Shown one piece after another: positions 35,342-45,426 of a stretch of 52,911 nucleotides of DNA. A model generated the notes under the pieces. That model had not been told where the DNA came from. It did no database searches and worked only from the letters and a program-made list of their open reading frames with translations. The stretch covers positions 1 to 52,911 of IMG/VR virus record IMGVR_UViG_3300037246_001346. One strand, 5' to 3'. The position numbers and the translations under genes are program-made. How positions within the stretch are numbered: the first letter of the stretch is position 1; each line of letters starts with the position of its first letter. Source of the DNA: a virus. Its lineage: Duplodnaviria; Caudoviricetes.

Positions 35342-36196
35342 ATGGCAACAAAGGAACCAGGGAATGAACCTGCTCCTAAACCTGAGCCTAAAAAGCCAGT
35401 AGAGGAACCAGGGAACATACCTGAACCAAAGCCAGAGCCAGAACCTGAACCTCCCGAACTTTCAGAGCGTTTTCAAGGTAAAAAAATTGAAGATGTAATC
35501 GAGATGTTCGAGAAGGCTGAGAAGGAAAGAGATAGGTCGGGGACTGAGGTCGGTAATCTCCGAAAGGATATTGACGACATCAAGAATACCGCATCTTACT
35601 ATCAGAATATGGCTCAAGATTTGCAGACAAAGCAGGAGAAGGGCGGGGCGCAACCCGAGGGTGAGGCAACACCTGACCTTACGGGATTTTATGACAACCC
35701 ACTTCCTCTGTTGCGACAGGAAATTCAGAGTGAACTTAAAAAAGATAGGGAAACAAGGGAAAAAACTGAGGGGGACAGAGAGATTCAGAGAGCTAGTATG
35801 AATTTTGCCGCAGGAAGAAGCAGGTCAATGGAAGGTAATCCTGATTTATTTAGGGGTATCGAAAAGCGACTTGAAGAAGGAATGTGGCAATATTATAAGA
35901 GTGGTAGAGTTTCTGCCGATGAACTCAGAGACCCCGAAACATGGGAGAACGGCGCAAGGATGATCCACATGGCGAATAAAGACTGGGATCGAATTGCACC
36001 ACCCAAGGTAGTACCTGTTTCACCTACGGAGACTGAAAAACCTGGTGCTGCAAAAAAAACGTCAGAAGAAGAAGCTCCCAGAATGGAGCTTGATGCTTTT
36101 GGCGAAGAAATGAGAGAACATGCCGTAAAAGGCGGCATGGACGAAAAAGAGTTTAATAAGTTGGTGCAGGAAACGAGGAAAAGGGAGGGCAGATAA
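35342..36196 (+). CDS. Capsid scaffolding protein
   Basis: PE-rich acidic N-terminus, RFQGKKIEDV..., GTEVGNLRK coiled coil. Confidence 0.75.
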   Translation: MATKEPGNEPAPKPEPKKPVEEPGNIPEPKPEPEPEPPELSERFQGKKIEDVIEMFEKAEKERDRSGTEVGNLRKDIDDIKNTASYYQNMAQDLQTKQEKGGAQPEGEATPDLTGFYDNPLPLLRQEIQSELKKDRETREKTEGDREIQRASMNFAAGRSRSMEGNPDLFRGIEKRLEEGMWQYYKSGRVSADELRDPETWENGARMIHMANKDWDRIAPPKVVPVSPTETEKPGAAKKTSEEEAPRMELDAFGEEMREHAVKGGMDEKEFNKLVQETRKREGR

Positions 36197-36657
36197 TGTT
36201 ATTAAGAGACATTAAGCTCGTAGACTTGAATCGTTCAAAGATTAATAAGAAGAAATCCAACCCTGAAAAGGGGATATATGAATTCGAGCCTAACGGTAAG
36301 GTATATGTATCTTGGAATGACCCCGCTACTCGTCCGCAGCATTATGTCAAGTGGAATAGAAATACTGATTACGACATTGCGAAGTGGAGAACCTTGTGGA
36401 ATTATTCAGAAGTTACTACAAAAGACCCATATTGGCCTGAAGGAATGAAAATCAACAATGAGGGTCATTATGTGTATCGAACTGATATGATTCTCATGAA
36501 GTGTCCACTGGCAGATTATGTGGCGAAGCGAAAGCGGGAGATTGAGAAGTCAGAACTTGCCGTGGCATCTAAGCGGAAAGAATACGAAGCGATGGCGAGA
36601 CAGAAGGGTGTAGAGGTGATTGATATAGAGCAGAGAATCTTCAGCGAATCAAAGTAA
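36196..36657 (+). CDS. Head-module hypothetical protein
   Basis: DMILMKCP motif; located between scaffold and capsid genes. Confidence 0.6.
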   Translation: MLLRDIKLVDLNRSKINKKKSNPEKGIYEFEPNGKVYVSWNDPATRPQHYVKWNRNTDYDIAKWRTLWNYSEVTTKDPYWPEGMKINNEGHYVYRTDMILMKCPLADYVAKRKREIEKSELAVASKRKEYEAMARQKGVEVIDIEQRIFSESK

Positions 36658-36711
36658 ACTTTTTCTTCTAATCCTAAACCAGCGAAAAATTTAAATGGAG
36701 GAAATTTAGTT

Positions 36712-37155
36712 ATGGCGACGATAGGTTTTCAATTAGCATATGGTAATCCCCATGTAGTACATCTTCCCGAGCACGGGACTTCCAGTAGTTTTACTCCTGG
36801 TGATTTGGTTGCAGTTGCTGGCGGGAAGGTTCAGCTTATTGCTGACGGTACTTCAACTTCTCAAGTTTTTGGCGTGGCCCTGAAAGGTTATACTGGCACC
36901 ACGAATTCATCAATTCCTGTGCATGTGATTTCACCAGAGGATATTTTCATTGCACAAATGGAAACAACCTCAACCACGACTGATATTGGACAAGACCTTG
37001 GAGTAATTACTACGGCTGGCAGTCAAGTAGTTGATACCGATAGTGCCACTGGGGTGGTTTCTGTTATTGACTTTTTTGAACCAGTGGGTACGGGAGATAA
37101 GGTTCTAGTTAAGTTCATTCCCGCTATTTTACAGGGTTCTGGGTATTCAACCTAA
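36712..37155 (+). CDS. Capsid decoration/cement protein
   Basis: FTPGDLVAVAGGKV...VFGVA; G/T/V-rich; immediately before the MCP. Confidence 0.65.
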   Translation: MATIGFQLAYGNPHVVHLPEHGTSSSFTPGDLVAVAGGKVQLIADGTSTSQVFGVALKGYTGTTNSSIPVHVISPEDIFIAQMETTSTTTDIGQDLGVITTAGSQVVDTDSATGVVSVIDFFEPVGTGDKVLVKFIPAILQGSGYST

Positions 37156-37170
37156 TAAGGAGAAAATGAT

Positions 37171-38097
37171 ATGGGCGTATTAAGAACAAATTGGGATACC
37201 AGTACAAATAAAGATGTCTTTAAAACTTTGGTTGATGATTGGTTTAATAGTACCGATAGAGCACCTATGGTTGAATGGCCTAGTATGTTTCTAGACCTTA
37301 AAACCAAGGACGAGTACGAAAGAAGGGGTAGAATCGCTGGATTAACGCTTCCACAAGCTGTTCCTGAAGGCGAAAATATCCCCATCCAAAAACCCAAGTT
37401 TGATGACACTATGGATCATACACAGGCATCTTACGGGACTGGTTATAGGATTACCGACAGGATGAAAAAGTTTGAGAAGATTGGACTTTTTGAGTTCTTG
37501 ACAAAGAATCTCAGAATGAACATGGATGAAGGTAAAGATGTAGAGGTTGCAAAGTTGTGGAATAATGTTGCTGCTACGACTTATGCTACGGGTTTTGATG
37601 GAACATCTACCCCATTAGCATCTGCAACTCATTACTGCCTTGATGATACACCAACTGCATATAGCAACTATTTGAATGCGGCTCTGAGCACAAGTTCCTT
37701 AGAGTCTGCTTTGAATTATTTCGATTACATGTACGACGACCAGGCAAATATCTTTACAGCTAGTCCAGATACTCTCTATGTGAGTTACGCATTAAGGGTA
37801 ACGGCAGGAGAGATTCTTAGAAGCGACAACAAGGCTGACGAGATGTCCAACACACTCAATGTTTTCCCTGATTGGGGATTAAAGACATTTGTGTATCACA
37901 GATTGACGAGCGAGACGGCTTGGGGTTTACTAGCGAAGAATCATCCAAAATATGATATCTTTGTTTACAGTTCATATGATCCCGATGTCGTTGTTAAGCC
38001 TTCACCTGATAGGACTAGAGATACGGAAGTTAGTTCTTTGCAGTATTTCACTTTCGGGTTCGGCGATCCACGCTTTGCCTACATCGGAGATACTTGA
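37171..38097 (+). CDS. Major capsid protein (HK97 fold, Mu gpT-like)
   Basis: VPEGENIP, YGTGYRIT, GFDG..LASATH, ALSTSSLESA, PDTLYVS, FGFGDPR. Confidence 0.85.
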   Translation: MGVLRTNWDTSTNKDVFKTLVDDWFNSTDRAPMVEWPSMFLDLKTKDEYERRGRIAGLTLPQAVPEGENIPIQKPKFDDTMDHTQASYGTGYRITDRMKKFEKIGLFEFLTKNLRMNMDEGKDVEVAKLWNNVAATTYATGFDGTSTPLASATHYCLDDTPTAYSNYLNAALSTSSLESALNYFDYMYDDQANIFTASPDTLYVSYALRVTAGEILRSDNKADEMSNTLNVFPDWGLKTFVYHRLTSETAWGLLAKNHPKYDIFVYSSYDPDVVVKPSPDRTRDTEVSSLQYFTFGFGDPRFAYIGDT

Positions 38098-38111
38098 TTT
38101 ATGGGAATAGT

Positions 38112-38208
38112 AGGGATTAGCAAGATAATCCCTTAGTAAAAAAATTGGGGAGTCGCTTTTTATATATATTGTCCCTAGGGACTTTCTTGGAAGGGAGTGG
38201 CTCCCTTT
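38112..38208 (+). terminator. Hairpins after the MCP gene (terminator or stability element)
   Basis: AGGGATTA/TAATCCCT stem; GGGAGTCGCT/AGTGGCTCCC stem enclosing the palindrome GTCCCTAGGGAC. Confidence 0.5.
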
Positions 38209-38233
38209 ACTACAAATTTAATGGAGGAAAAAT

Positions 38234-39181
38234 ATGACTGTTGCACCTGATATGTTACAACAATTTGGTGGAGCACCCGTTGGTTCAGACCATAGGTTTG
38301 AGGGCTGGTGGGGTGCAACTACCTTTTTTGTAGATTATGACCATGGTACTGCTGGCGCACGGGGAGATAGTATGGATGCACCCACGAAACATATACGTGT
38401 TGCCATTGCCAATGCTAGCGCAGGTGATACGATTTACGTGCGTCCCCGTGATTTTTCAAGTGGTACATACGGAGAAGACCCACGGAAGATAACACCTGAT
38501 ACAGCAGCTAATTGGACTACGGTCGGAAAACCCAATCTGAGTATTATTGGAACAGGGAAAGGAATGGGACACGCTGGTGTTCATAAGTGTTGGGTTGGTG
38601 GATATAGTGGAGTTACTACTGCTGTTTTCAACCTCTACTCACCTGGGTGTGTTATAGAGAATTTTAGAATGCAGCCGCACACTGGGGCTACAAGTGGGCT
38701 GATTTATAGCATAAACAATGCTACTGCTAATTACAATGGTGGAAACGAGACGATTATCAATAATGATTTTCATGATGGTACTTCTACTTGCCCAGCATTG
38801 AAATTTAATGCTACTTGGCAGATGGAAATTGCTTACAATCGGTTTTTAAATTGTGATATAGGGATGTATTGGGACGCCACTTATAGTAATCCAGCGATTA
38901 TCCAAATACACGATAATAAATTTCTAATTACGGCTTCTGAGGGAAAATGTGATTGTCAAACAGCTGGTGTTGTAAATCGATTTTTTGCCTATAGGAATTA
39001 TCATGCTGGTGCTCAATATACTGGGGGTTCGCCGAATAAGTATTTTAGTTTTGCTTCCGCAAGTACAGGTTCTATTCAGAATAGTTATTTTGGAGTTGCT
39101 GATACAACTGATACTGCTTCATTCTCGTTAAATAATATAACACAAAGTGGAAATTACAGTTCGGTAGGGCTAATAATTTAA
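38234..39181 (+). CDS. Beta-helix virion protein (head fibre/spike-like)
   Basis: FFVDYDHG...AIANASAGDTIYVRP and parallel beta-helix repeats. Confidence 0.7.
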   Translation: MTVAPDMLQQFGGAPVGSDHRFEGWWGATTFFVDYDHGTAGARGDSMDAPTKHIRVAIANASAGDTIYVRPRDFSSGTYGEDPRKITPDTAANWTTVGKPNLSIIGTGKGMGHAGVHKCWVGGYSGVTTAVFNLYSPGCVIENFRMQPHTGATSGLIYSINNATANYNGGNETIINNDFHDGTSTCPALKFNATWQMEIAYNRFLNCDIGMYWDATYSNPAIIQIHDNKFLITASEGKCDCQTAGVVNRFFAYRNYHAGAQYTGGSPNKYFSFASASTGSIQNSYFGVADTTDTASFSLNNITQSGNYSSVGLII

Positions 39182-39202
39182 GATATCTAATAGCTAAAAA
39201 TA

Positions 39203-39230
39203 AAGAGGGGAGATTGAATTCTCCTCTCTT
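39203..39230 (+). terminator. Putative intrinsic terminator
   Basis: 11-bp stem AAGAGGGGAGA/TCTCCTCTCTT; weak U tract. Confidence 0.5.
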
Positions 39231-39242
39231 ATCCTTAATTTC

Positions 39243-39890
39243 ATGAAGACTGTCATTTGTTGTATGCATTTATCTTGGGAGTATGTACCCAAGGTATTCG
39301 CATTGAGTCTTTTTGATATGGCTCAATATGCCGCTGGGAAATATAATTTGGGAATAATCACCAACGGTGGTTGTTACGGAGATTCATCAAGAGATAACAT
39401 TGCTCGGAAAGCAATGAAGTACAACCCAGATTATATTCTCTGGCTTGATGCCGACCAAACCTATCCCGCTAATACCCCCGAAATCTTAATGAAGCATATT
39501 GATGATGGTAAATTAGTGGTGGGTGGAGTTAGTCCACTGAAGAAGAAATCAGACAATGGGTTAGATGGCAAGCCTTCGATATGGGATTTAGATATTGTGT
39601 CTAACCGTGTTAGACATCGTGAGATTTTTTTGCATCAGGGTTTAGTTAAGGTAGAAGGAATGGGGTTGGGGGGAATCATGGTTAATCCAGAAGTGTTTAA
39701 AACCATGGAATATCCTTGGTTTCGCCGTGTGTGGAATGAAAATGAAAAAGTGTTATTGGGAGCTGACTTTTCGTTTTATGCAAATTGTAAGAAAGCAGGT
39801 ATAGATGTCTGGTGTGATACTGATTTGATTTTCGGGCACATGGAAGTAAGGCCGATAGAATTGAAGGAGAAAAAAAGACTATTGATATAA
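39243..39890 (+). CDS. GT-A fold (GT2-like) glycosyltransferase 1
   Basis: SRDNIA, WLDADQ (DxD), GLGGIMV, PWF, GADFSFY..C. Confidence 0.85.
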   Translation: MKTVICCMHLSWEYVPKVFALSLFDMAQYAAGKYNLGIITNGGCYGDSSRDNIARKAMKYNPDYILWLDADQTYPANTPEILMKHIDDGKLVVGGVSPLKKKSDNGLDGKPSIWDLDIVSNRVRHREIFLHQGLVKVEGMGLGGIMVNPEVFKTMEYPWFRRVWNENEKVLLGADFSFYANCKKAGIDVWCDTDLIFGHMEVRPIELKEKKRLLI

Positions 39891-40465
39891 TGTCGCATGA
39901 CCCATACATTGTCATTGGCACAGGAAGAAGTGGCTCAAGTACAGTTGCGGGGATATTGCACAATAAGATGGAAGTTTTCATGGGTCAGGAGTTTCGCAAA
40001 CCAGATGAAAAGAACCCAGATGGATTTTGGGAAGATGTTGAGTTCGCGAGTCCAAACTGGAAATTCCTCAACGGGAAGATTAATTATCCAGAATGGATAG
40101 AGAAGATTTTCGCGGTAATTGCAAAGAGAAAAAATCAAGGTATCCCGTGGGGATTTAAAGACCCAGATGCCACTCATTTTCTTGGTATGTATTTATCGTT
40201 CTTCAAAAATCCTAGGATTATTAGATGCCAGAGAAAGAAGGAACTTGTTGTTGCAAGCCTTATCAAGAGCTTCGGGCATACTAAAGAATATGCAAAGAAC
40301 CTCTGGGATATGAAGGAGACAATCCTTGACTACATTCTTGCTGATAGAGATTGTCTTATTATCTATTTTGATGAAAGAAAAATTTCAGATGTAGAGATAA
40401 TAACAGCGGTAGGAGAGAAATGGAATGGTGGAAATAATTATCAAGTGGAAGTCCAAGCACGGTAA
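39890..40465 (+). CDS. Sulfotransferase-family protein
   Basis: PAPS-binding loop IGTGRSGSS, NPDGFWED and WGFKDP. Confidence 0.85.
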   Translation: MSHDPYIVIGTGRSGSSTVAGILHNKMEVFMGQEFRKPDEKNPDGFWEDVEFASPNWKFLNGKINYPEWIEKIFAVIAKRKNQGIPWGFKDPDATHFLGMYLSFFKNPRIIRCQRKKELVVASLIKSFGHTKEYAKNLWDMKETILDYILADRDCLIIYFDERKISDVEIITAVGEKWNGGNNYQVEVQAR

Positions 40466-40640
40466 AACCCGAAGCGAAATAGAGAAAAATATGATAAAGG
40501 CTGGTTTCGGGAGTAGTTTAACGGCAGAACAGATTGATAAATGTGCATACTTAGAAAGAAGGGCGAAAGAAAAACATGGTTTAACCGAAAGCTCCATGAG
40601 AACAACAAATATTAATAGGGTAAAAACAGGAAAGAAGTGA
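40425..40640 (+). CDS. Hypothetical protein
   Basis: Overlap-coupled within the cluster. Confidence 0.5.
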   Translation: MVEIIIKWKSKHGKTRSEIEKNMIKAGFGSSLTAEQIDKCAYLERRAKEKHGLTESSMRTTNINRVKTGKK

Positions 40641-41278
40641 TTCCTGTAATTGGGAAGAAGCGTCCAGAGATAGCGTGTTGTATACCGCTTTCATGGGAGT
40701 TCATTCCCAAGTATTTCTTTCTTAGCTGGTATTTGATGCAGGCCTATTCTCTTGGGCGTTATGAGATGAGGTTGCTTTTCGGTAACAACTGTTACTTGGA
40801 CGAAATGCGAGACAATCTAGGAAAGTCTGCCATGGAACACAATCCTGATTACATCTTATTCTTAGACGCAGACCAGTTCTACCCCCAAAAAACACCTGAA
40901 ATCCTGATGAAACACGTTGACAGTGGTAAGTCTGTAGTCGGGGGATTAACACCAGGCAAGGGTACTCAGATACCATTGGTGTATAGCATAACTAATCCCG
41001 AGGGAATAATTAAAAGAAGAAAAGACGTCAAGCTGGGGCAGGGAGTGATTAAGGTAGATGCGATGGGTTTTGGCGGAATTATGATGACCCCGAGGGTTCT
41101 TGAGGATATGGATTTCCCCTGGTTTAAAACTCAGTGGAATCCGAAGATAAAAGAACGTCCAGGTGAGGACACTAAATTTTATGTCAACTGTAAGGAGTTC
41201 AACATCGACGTTTGGTGTGATACGAACTTGGCTTTCGACCACATCATAACGCATCCAGTAAGCATTGAGGAATCGTGA
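40637..41278 (+). CDS. GT-A fold glycosyltransferase 2
   Basis: FLDADQ, GFGGIMM, GEDTKFY..C. Confidence 0.85.
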   Translation: MIPVIGKKRPEIACCIPLSWEFIPKYFFLSWYLMQAYSLGRYEMRLLFGNNCYLDEMRDNLGKSAMEHNPDYILFLDADQFYPQKTPEILMKHVDSGKSVVGGLTPGKGTQIPLVYSITNPEGIIKRRKDVKLGQGVIKVDAMGFGGIMMTPRVLEDMDFPWFKTQWNPKIKERPGEDTKFYVNCKEFNIDVWCDTNLAFDHIITHPVSIEES

Positions 41279-41832
41279 AAGTAATTATTATTGGAAAGGG
41301 TGCGGGTTGGCAGAGAGCACCTGATGAGGGCGAGACTTGGGGAGTTAATAACCTATGTCTAAGGAGAGATGTGGAACTTTCATTTAATATGCACGATTTG
41401 GATAAACATCGAGACCACCCACTTTTTAAGAAAACCATAGAACATGTGAACAGGTATAGTATTCCTATAGTAACCCAGAAAAAATATCCTCATATCCCAA
41501 CCTCTATTCCGTTCCCCCTAAAAGAGATGCCGCGGAAGTATTTCGGTAACAGCATAGACTACATGATTGCTTACGCTATTCATCAAAGAGCTACGCATAT
41601 AGATATGTACGGAGTTGTGATGGAGGTCGGTACAGAATATACACTACAGAGACCAAGCTTAGAATACTGGATAGGATATGCAGAGGGATGTAGAACCATA
41701 GTTACGATTCATGAACCAACTTGTGTTTTATATAATTCCAACGGATTATATGGCTACGATTGGGATGAAGAACATTGCGAACATGTTCTGTCAAGGTCGG
41801 AAAATCAAGTAAGTATTGAGGAGACTTCATGA
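41275..41832 (+). CDS. Rossmann-like sugar transferase (sialyltransferase/Maf-like fold)
   Basis: VIIIGKG, TWGVN, NSIDYMIAYAI, IDMYGV, QRPSLEYWIG, LYGY. Confidence 0.55.
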   Translation: MKVIIIGKGAGWQRAPDEGETWGVNNLCLRRDVELSFNMHDLDKHRDHPLFKKTIEHVNRYSIPIVTQKKYPHIPTSIPFPLKEMPRKYFGNSIDYMIAYAIHQRATHIDMYGVVMEVGTEYTLQRPSLEYWIGYAEGCRTIVTIHEPTCVLYNSNGLYGYDWDEEHCEHVLSRSENQVSIEETS

Positions 41833-42400
41833 CATGTGTCCACTTTGCTTTATAGGCATAAAGGGTGTTTCGGAATTTCGGGCATTCGGTTACCAGAGCA
41901 ATATACCAGGATGGACAAAATCAATGGAACTAAGTTGGCTTTATGTGGTAGCCCAAGTAATGGATAGCATCGTAGAGATTGGCAGTTGGGTGGGCAGGTC
42001 AACAGATGCCCTATTGAGTGGATGTAAGGGAGCTGTTTGGACAGTTGACCATTTTAGGGGAAATGGGGAGCACACAAAAGAACAAGTGAAGGGCATTCAA
42101 AAAGCCTTCCTTAGAAATGTTGGTCATTATAAGAATCTTGAACTTTTAAAAATGAGTAGCTTAGAGGCTGTTAAAAAATTTGAAAACAAATCTGTAGACA
42201 TGGTTTTCATTGATGGTGGGCATGAATATAAGGAGGTAATGGCTGATATAAAAGCATGGTTGCCGAAGACCAAGAAGTTAATATGTGGTCATGATTACGG
42301 CGAGGGTTTTAAGGGAGTGAAACGTGCTGTGGATGAAATTTTCGATGATGTAAATATTTTTAGTTCAATTTGGATAAAACCAATTAAGGAGGCTTCATGA
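41816..42400 (+). CDS. Class I SAM-dependent methyltransferase (Methyltransf_24-like)
   Basis: VEIGSWVGRST, VDHF, VFIDGGHEY, CGHDY. Confidence 0.9.
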   Translation: MRRLHDMCPLCFIGIKGVSEFRAFGYQSNIPGWTKSMELSWLYVVAQVMDSIVEIGSWVGRSTDALLSGCKGAVWTVDHFRGNGEHTKEQVKGIQKAFLRNVGHYKNLELLKMSSLEAVKKFENKSVDMVFIDGGHEYKEVMADIKAWLPKTKKLICGHDYGEGFKGVKRAVDEIFDDVNIFSSIWIKPIKEAS

Positions 42401-43020
42401 AGCGCATAGTTGTATGTGTCCCACTTTCTTGGAGTTTTGTTCCAACTTTGTTTTTTCATAGTTGGAATCAAATGATGTATTATTCACAGGGCAAATATGA
42501 ATTACTACTTCTTTCTAGCAGTAGTTGCTACATGGATACGATGCGCAATAATTTAGTTGATGCAGCTCGCCGCCACAAGCCTGATTATATATTATGGTTG
42601 GATGCAGACCAACTTTATCCAGCGAATACCCCCGAGGTCTTAATGGCGCATATTAATAGTGGGAAATCTGTGGTTGGTGGATTAACGCCCAGGAGCGTGG
42701 ATGGTGATGTAAACGTGTATGAACTTGTCCATAGTGAAGGAATTATTTCACCATTACTAAATGTTGTGCCAGGTCGTGGTTTAATTAAGGTTGGTGCTAT
42801 GGGGATGGGTGGAGTGATGGTAGATCCCGAGGTATTTGATAAACTCGACTTGCCATGTTTCACGATGCGCTGGAATTCACAACTTGCACGCTACCCAGGT
42901 GAGGATATCCAGTTCTATGCTAATTGCAAGAAGAAGGGAATTGATGTTTGGTGCGATACTAACTTAGTTTTCGGGCATATAGTTACTAGGGCATTAACTA
43001 TTGAGACAGATAAGAAATGA
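42397..43020 (+). CDS. GT-A fold glycosyltransferase 3
   Basis: WLDADQ, GMGGVMV, GEDIQFY..C. Confidence 0.85.
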   Translation: MKRIVVCVPLSWSFVPTLFFHSWNQMMYYSQGKYELLLLSSSSCYMDTMRNNLVDAARRHKPDYILWLDADQLYPANTPEVLMAHINSGKSVVGGLTPRSVDGDVNVYELVHSEGIISPLLNVVPGRGLIKVGAMGMGGVMVDPEVFDKLDLPCFTMRWNSQLARYPGEDIQFYANCKKKGIDVWCDTNLVFGHIVTRALTIETDKK

Positions 43021-43211
43021 AATATTGTTGCAACAGGTTCAAGATGGCTGTGGTAGATGAAGTTATTAGTTCACCAGGACACAGGTTGCCTTGTTCTGAG
43101 TTCTTTTCAAAGAAATTTTTTATAAAAAAAGCTAAAGAGCCTAGTGGTCTTTGGTTTTATATGTATGTCGAATATTGCCCCTCTTGCGGGGAAAAGGTAA
43201 TGGAGAAATAA
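43017..43211 (+). CDS. Zn-ribbon hypothetical protein
   Basis: MKYCC...YCPSCGEK. Confidence 0.55.
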   Translation: MKYCCNRFKMAVVDEVISSPGHRLPCSEFFSKKFFIKKAKEPSGLWFYMYVEYCPSCGEKVMEK

Positions 43212-45410
43212 ATGGCAGACCAAGCAAATTTTCCTGATATTTATATAGATGGCAGTTCGGCTGGAGATGGTTCATTGGCAAGTCCGTATAGTGATTTCGG
43301 TGATATAAACTGGGATGGCGGAGGTGACAATGATGTTTCTGTTGCTGTAGCTGCCAATGAGGATGTTGTGATTCATCTCTTGGAAGGTATCGAGTGGCAA
43401 GAGCAGTTGACAATTGGCACATCTGGTTCGGCGGCACATCCGATTACTATTACAAGCTACGGGAGCGATGTTGCCCCGATTGTATCTGGAATGAGGGACG
43501 TAGTTGGATGGAGCACGGGAGGAAACTGGGTAGAACCAGGAGAGCAAGAGGATAACGGACTAGGGGTAACAATGGATACCGATAGTACGTTTGACCCCTA
43601 TAATTTCCGTATGTGGATAGCTGCTGCTACAATGTCAATAGATGGAGATGAGGTTAGAGTAGAGCTGACAGCTCATTCAACTGATGAAACCACCATAGCA
43701 ACAGTATTCATTGGCGAAAAGGCTGCTTCTGGTGATGATTGGGACATGGAACCTGGGACTATTAAAGAGTTGCTTTTTAGTGCTGGTTCTGGTTGTGTAA
43801 TGGCTGGTGGAACGACATTATATAGTGATTGGGAGACGTATAATTTCGATAAAACTAAGGACTACATTATTTCAATTGGTCAGACAAATAATTATCGTAA
43901 AGACAATGTTTGGGTTGCAGACCACGGTTTTTATAAACAAAATGGAGAGGCAGAGGCAGGGGACGCAAATGTGACTGGATTTAGTGTAAATGCTACATCT
44001 TATCTCTTAAGTGAATTGGGGGTTAAAAGTGGTGGTGGTACAGGTACTTATGTTCTGAGTTTAGCGAACAATCCCCGAAGATTGGTAATAGACGAAACAG
44101 AGTATATTCAAGCTGAGTCGGCAGAAGACATAGATTCTACCTACAGATGGTTTTATGATCCTGGGGGGACGGAGTTACACCTTTACGCTACAGAAAACCC
44201 TGCTACTGATTATTCAAGTATGTATTATGCTGCTAATGTTCATGGTATCTTTATAGATGGTGAATCATACATAACTATTCAAGACCTAGAGGTTCAGGGT
44301 GGTGTGTATGGGATTACAATATATGAAGAAAGCTCTAATATTCTTATACACGATTGTACTGTTGCTAAATATACAGCTATCCAAGGAATTAGGATTATAG
44401 GAGAAACAGATGATGATTATACTCAAGTCGAGGACGTTGAGATTTATGATTGCACGATTGATGCCGATTTTCATAACTCTGCTGCCGATTGGCAGAATGC
44501 TTTTCCTGCTGACGGTATTCTTGTTGGCGATAGTGTTATTAACTGTAAAATTCACGACAATTTTATTGCCGATTGGGTTCACTCTTGCATACACATAGCT
44601 GGTATTACTGCTAATTGTGAGACTCAATACATCGAAGTATACGACAACACTCTGGATGCAGCGAATACAAATTACTGTAGAGGTTTGAGCATGGTTGGGT
44701 TAGCGGACGGACAAGTAGCATTTTGTAAGGCTTATCGAAACCTCATCCAGAATACTACCGTAAGAAATCAGATTCTTGGCGACCATAATGAGTTTTACTA
44801 CAACATTATTCATACTGTAACTGAAGCTCCCTACAAGGGTGCTACTAATGTTTCTGATGGTATCGGGCTTTTTGCATCGGCAGCAAATAAGAAATGCCAC
44901 GATAATAAAATCTACAATAATGTTATTTACAATACCGCAGACCACGGAATATTTGTTTACGGCAATACTGGTTACGGAGATGTTGTGGACAATCTGCTAA
45001 GAAATAACATCGTTATGAATTGGGGTGCTGGCATGTATGGGATTCATGTAGAAGACGATGCCACAGTTTTAAACAACACATATCAAAATAACCTACTCTA
45101 TAAATCAGGTGAAAGTGACGTTGTTTCTTATCGAGGAACACTCAGGACAATAGCAGAGTTTAATGGCGAGGATGGTGGTGATGGTGATGTGATACAAAAT
45201 AATATTGGTGGCGACCCCCTTATGACCGACCCCGCAGGTGATGATTTCACTCTTCAACTTACTTCGCCCTGCATTAATACGGGAATAGACGTTTCTCTAA
45301 CTACGGATTATGCGGGAGCTATAGTTACTGCCCCACCTAATATAGGGGCTTATGAAACCGTGCTTCCAGGTGGGGGTGGGCTTTCTATGTCCATGGGTAT
45401 GAAATTATAA
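43212..45410 (+). CDS. Large beta-helix (pectin-lyase-like) virion protein
   Basis: GDGSLASPY, SGSAAHPITITSYG, N-rich beta-helix repeats, DFTLQLTSPCINTG...PNIGAYE. Confidence 0.8.
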   Translation: MADQANFPDIYIDGSSAGDGSLASPYSDFGDINWDGGGDNDVSVAVAANEDVVIHLLEGIEWQEQLTIGTSGSAAHPITITSYGSDVAPIVSGMRDVVGWSTGGNWVEPGEQEDNGLGVTMDTDSTFDPYNFRMWIAAATMSIDGDEVRVELTAHSTDETTIATVFIGEKAASGDDWDMEPGTIKELLFSAGSGCVMAGGTTLYSDWETYNFDKTKDYIISIGQTNNYRKDNVWVADHGFYKQNGEAEAGDANVTGFSVNATSYLLSELGVKSGGGTGTYVLSLANNPRRLVIDETEYIQAESAEDIDSTYRWFYDPGGTELHLYATENPATDYSSMYYAANVHGIFIDGESYITIQDLEVQGGVYGITIYEESSNILIHDCTVAKYTAIQGIRIIGETDDDYTQVEDVEIYDCTIDADFHNSAADWQNAFPADGILVGDSVINCKIHDNFIADWVHSCIHIAGITANCETQYIEVYDNTLDAANTNYCRGLSMVGLADGQVAFCKAYRNLIQNTTVRNQILGDHNEFYYNIIHTVTEAPYKGATNVSDGIGLFASAANKKCHDNKIYNNVIYNTADHGIFVYGNTGYGDVVDNLLRNNIVMNWGAGMYGIHVEDDATVLNNTYQNNLLYKSGESDVVSYRGTLRTIAEFNGEDGGDGDVIQNNIGGDPLMTDPAGDDFTLQLTSPCINTGIDVSLTTDYAGAIVTAPPNIGAYETVLPGGGGLSMSMGMKL

Positions 45411-45426
45411 ATTATGGAGGAAAATA

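Noticed and set aside
39599-39615. GTCTA-N7-TAGAC in glycosyltransferase 1
   Set aside because: The spacer is 7 rather than 6 bp and it lies outside the enriched region, so it was not counted
41179-41189. Exact XerD-like arm TTATGTCAACT inside glycosyltransferase 2
   Set aside because: No XerC-like arm 6 bp away; it encodes the conserved FY.NC motif, so it is probably coincidental
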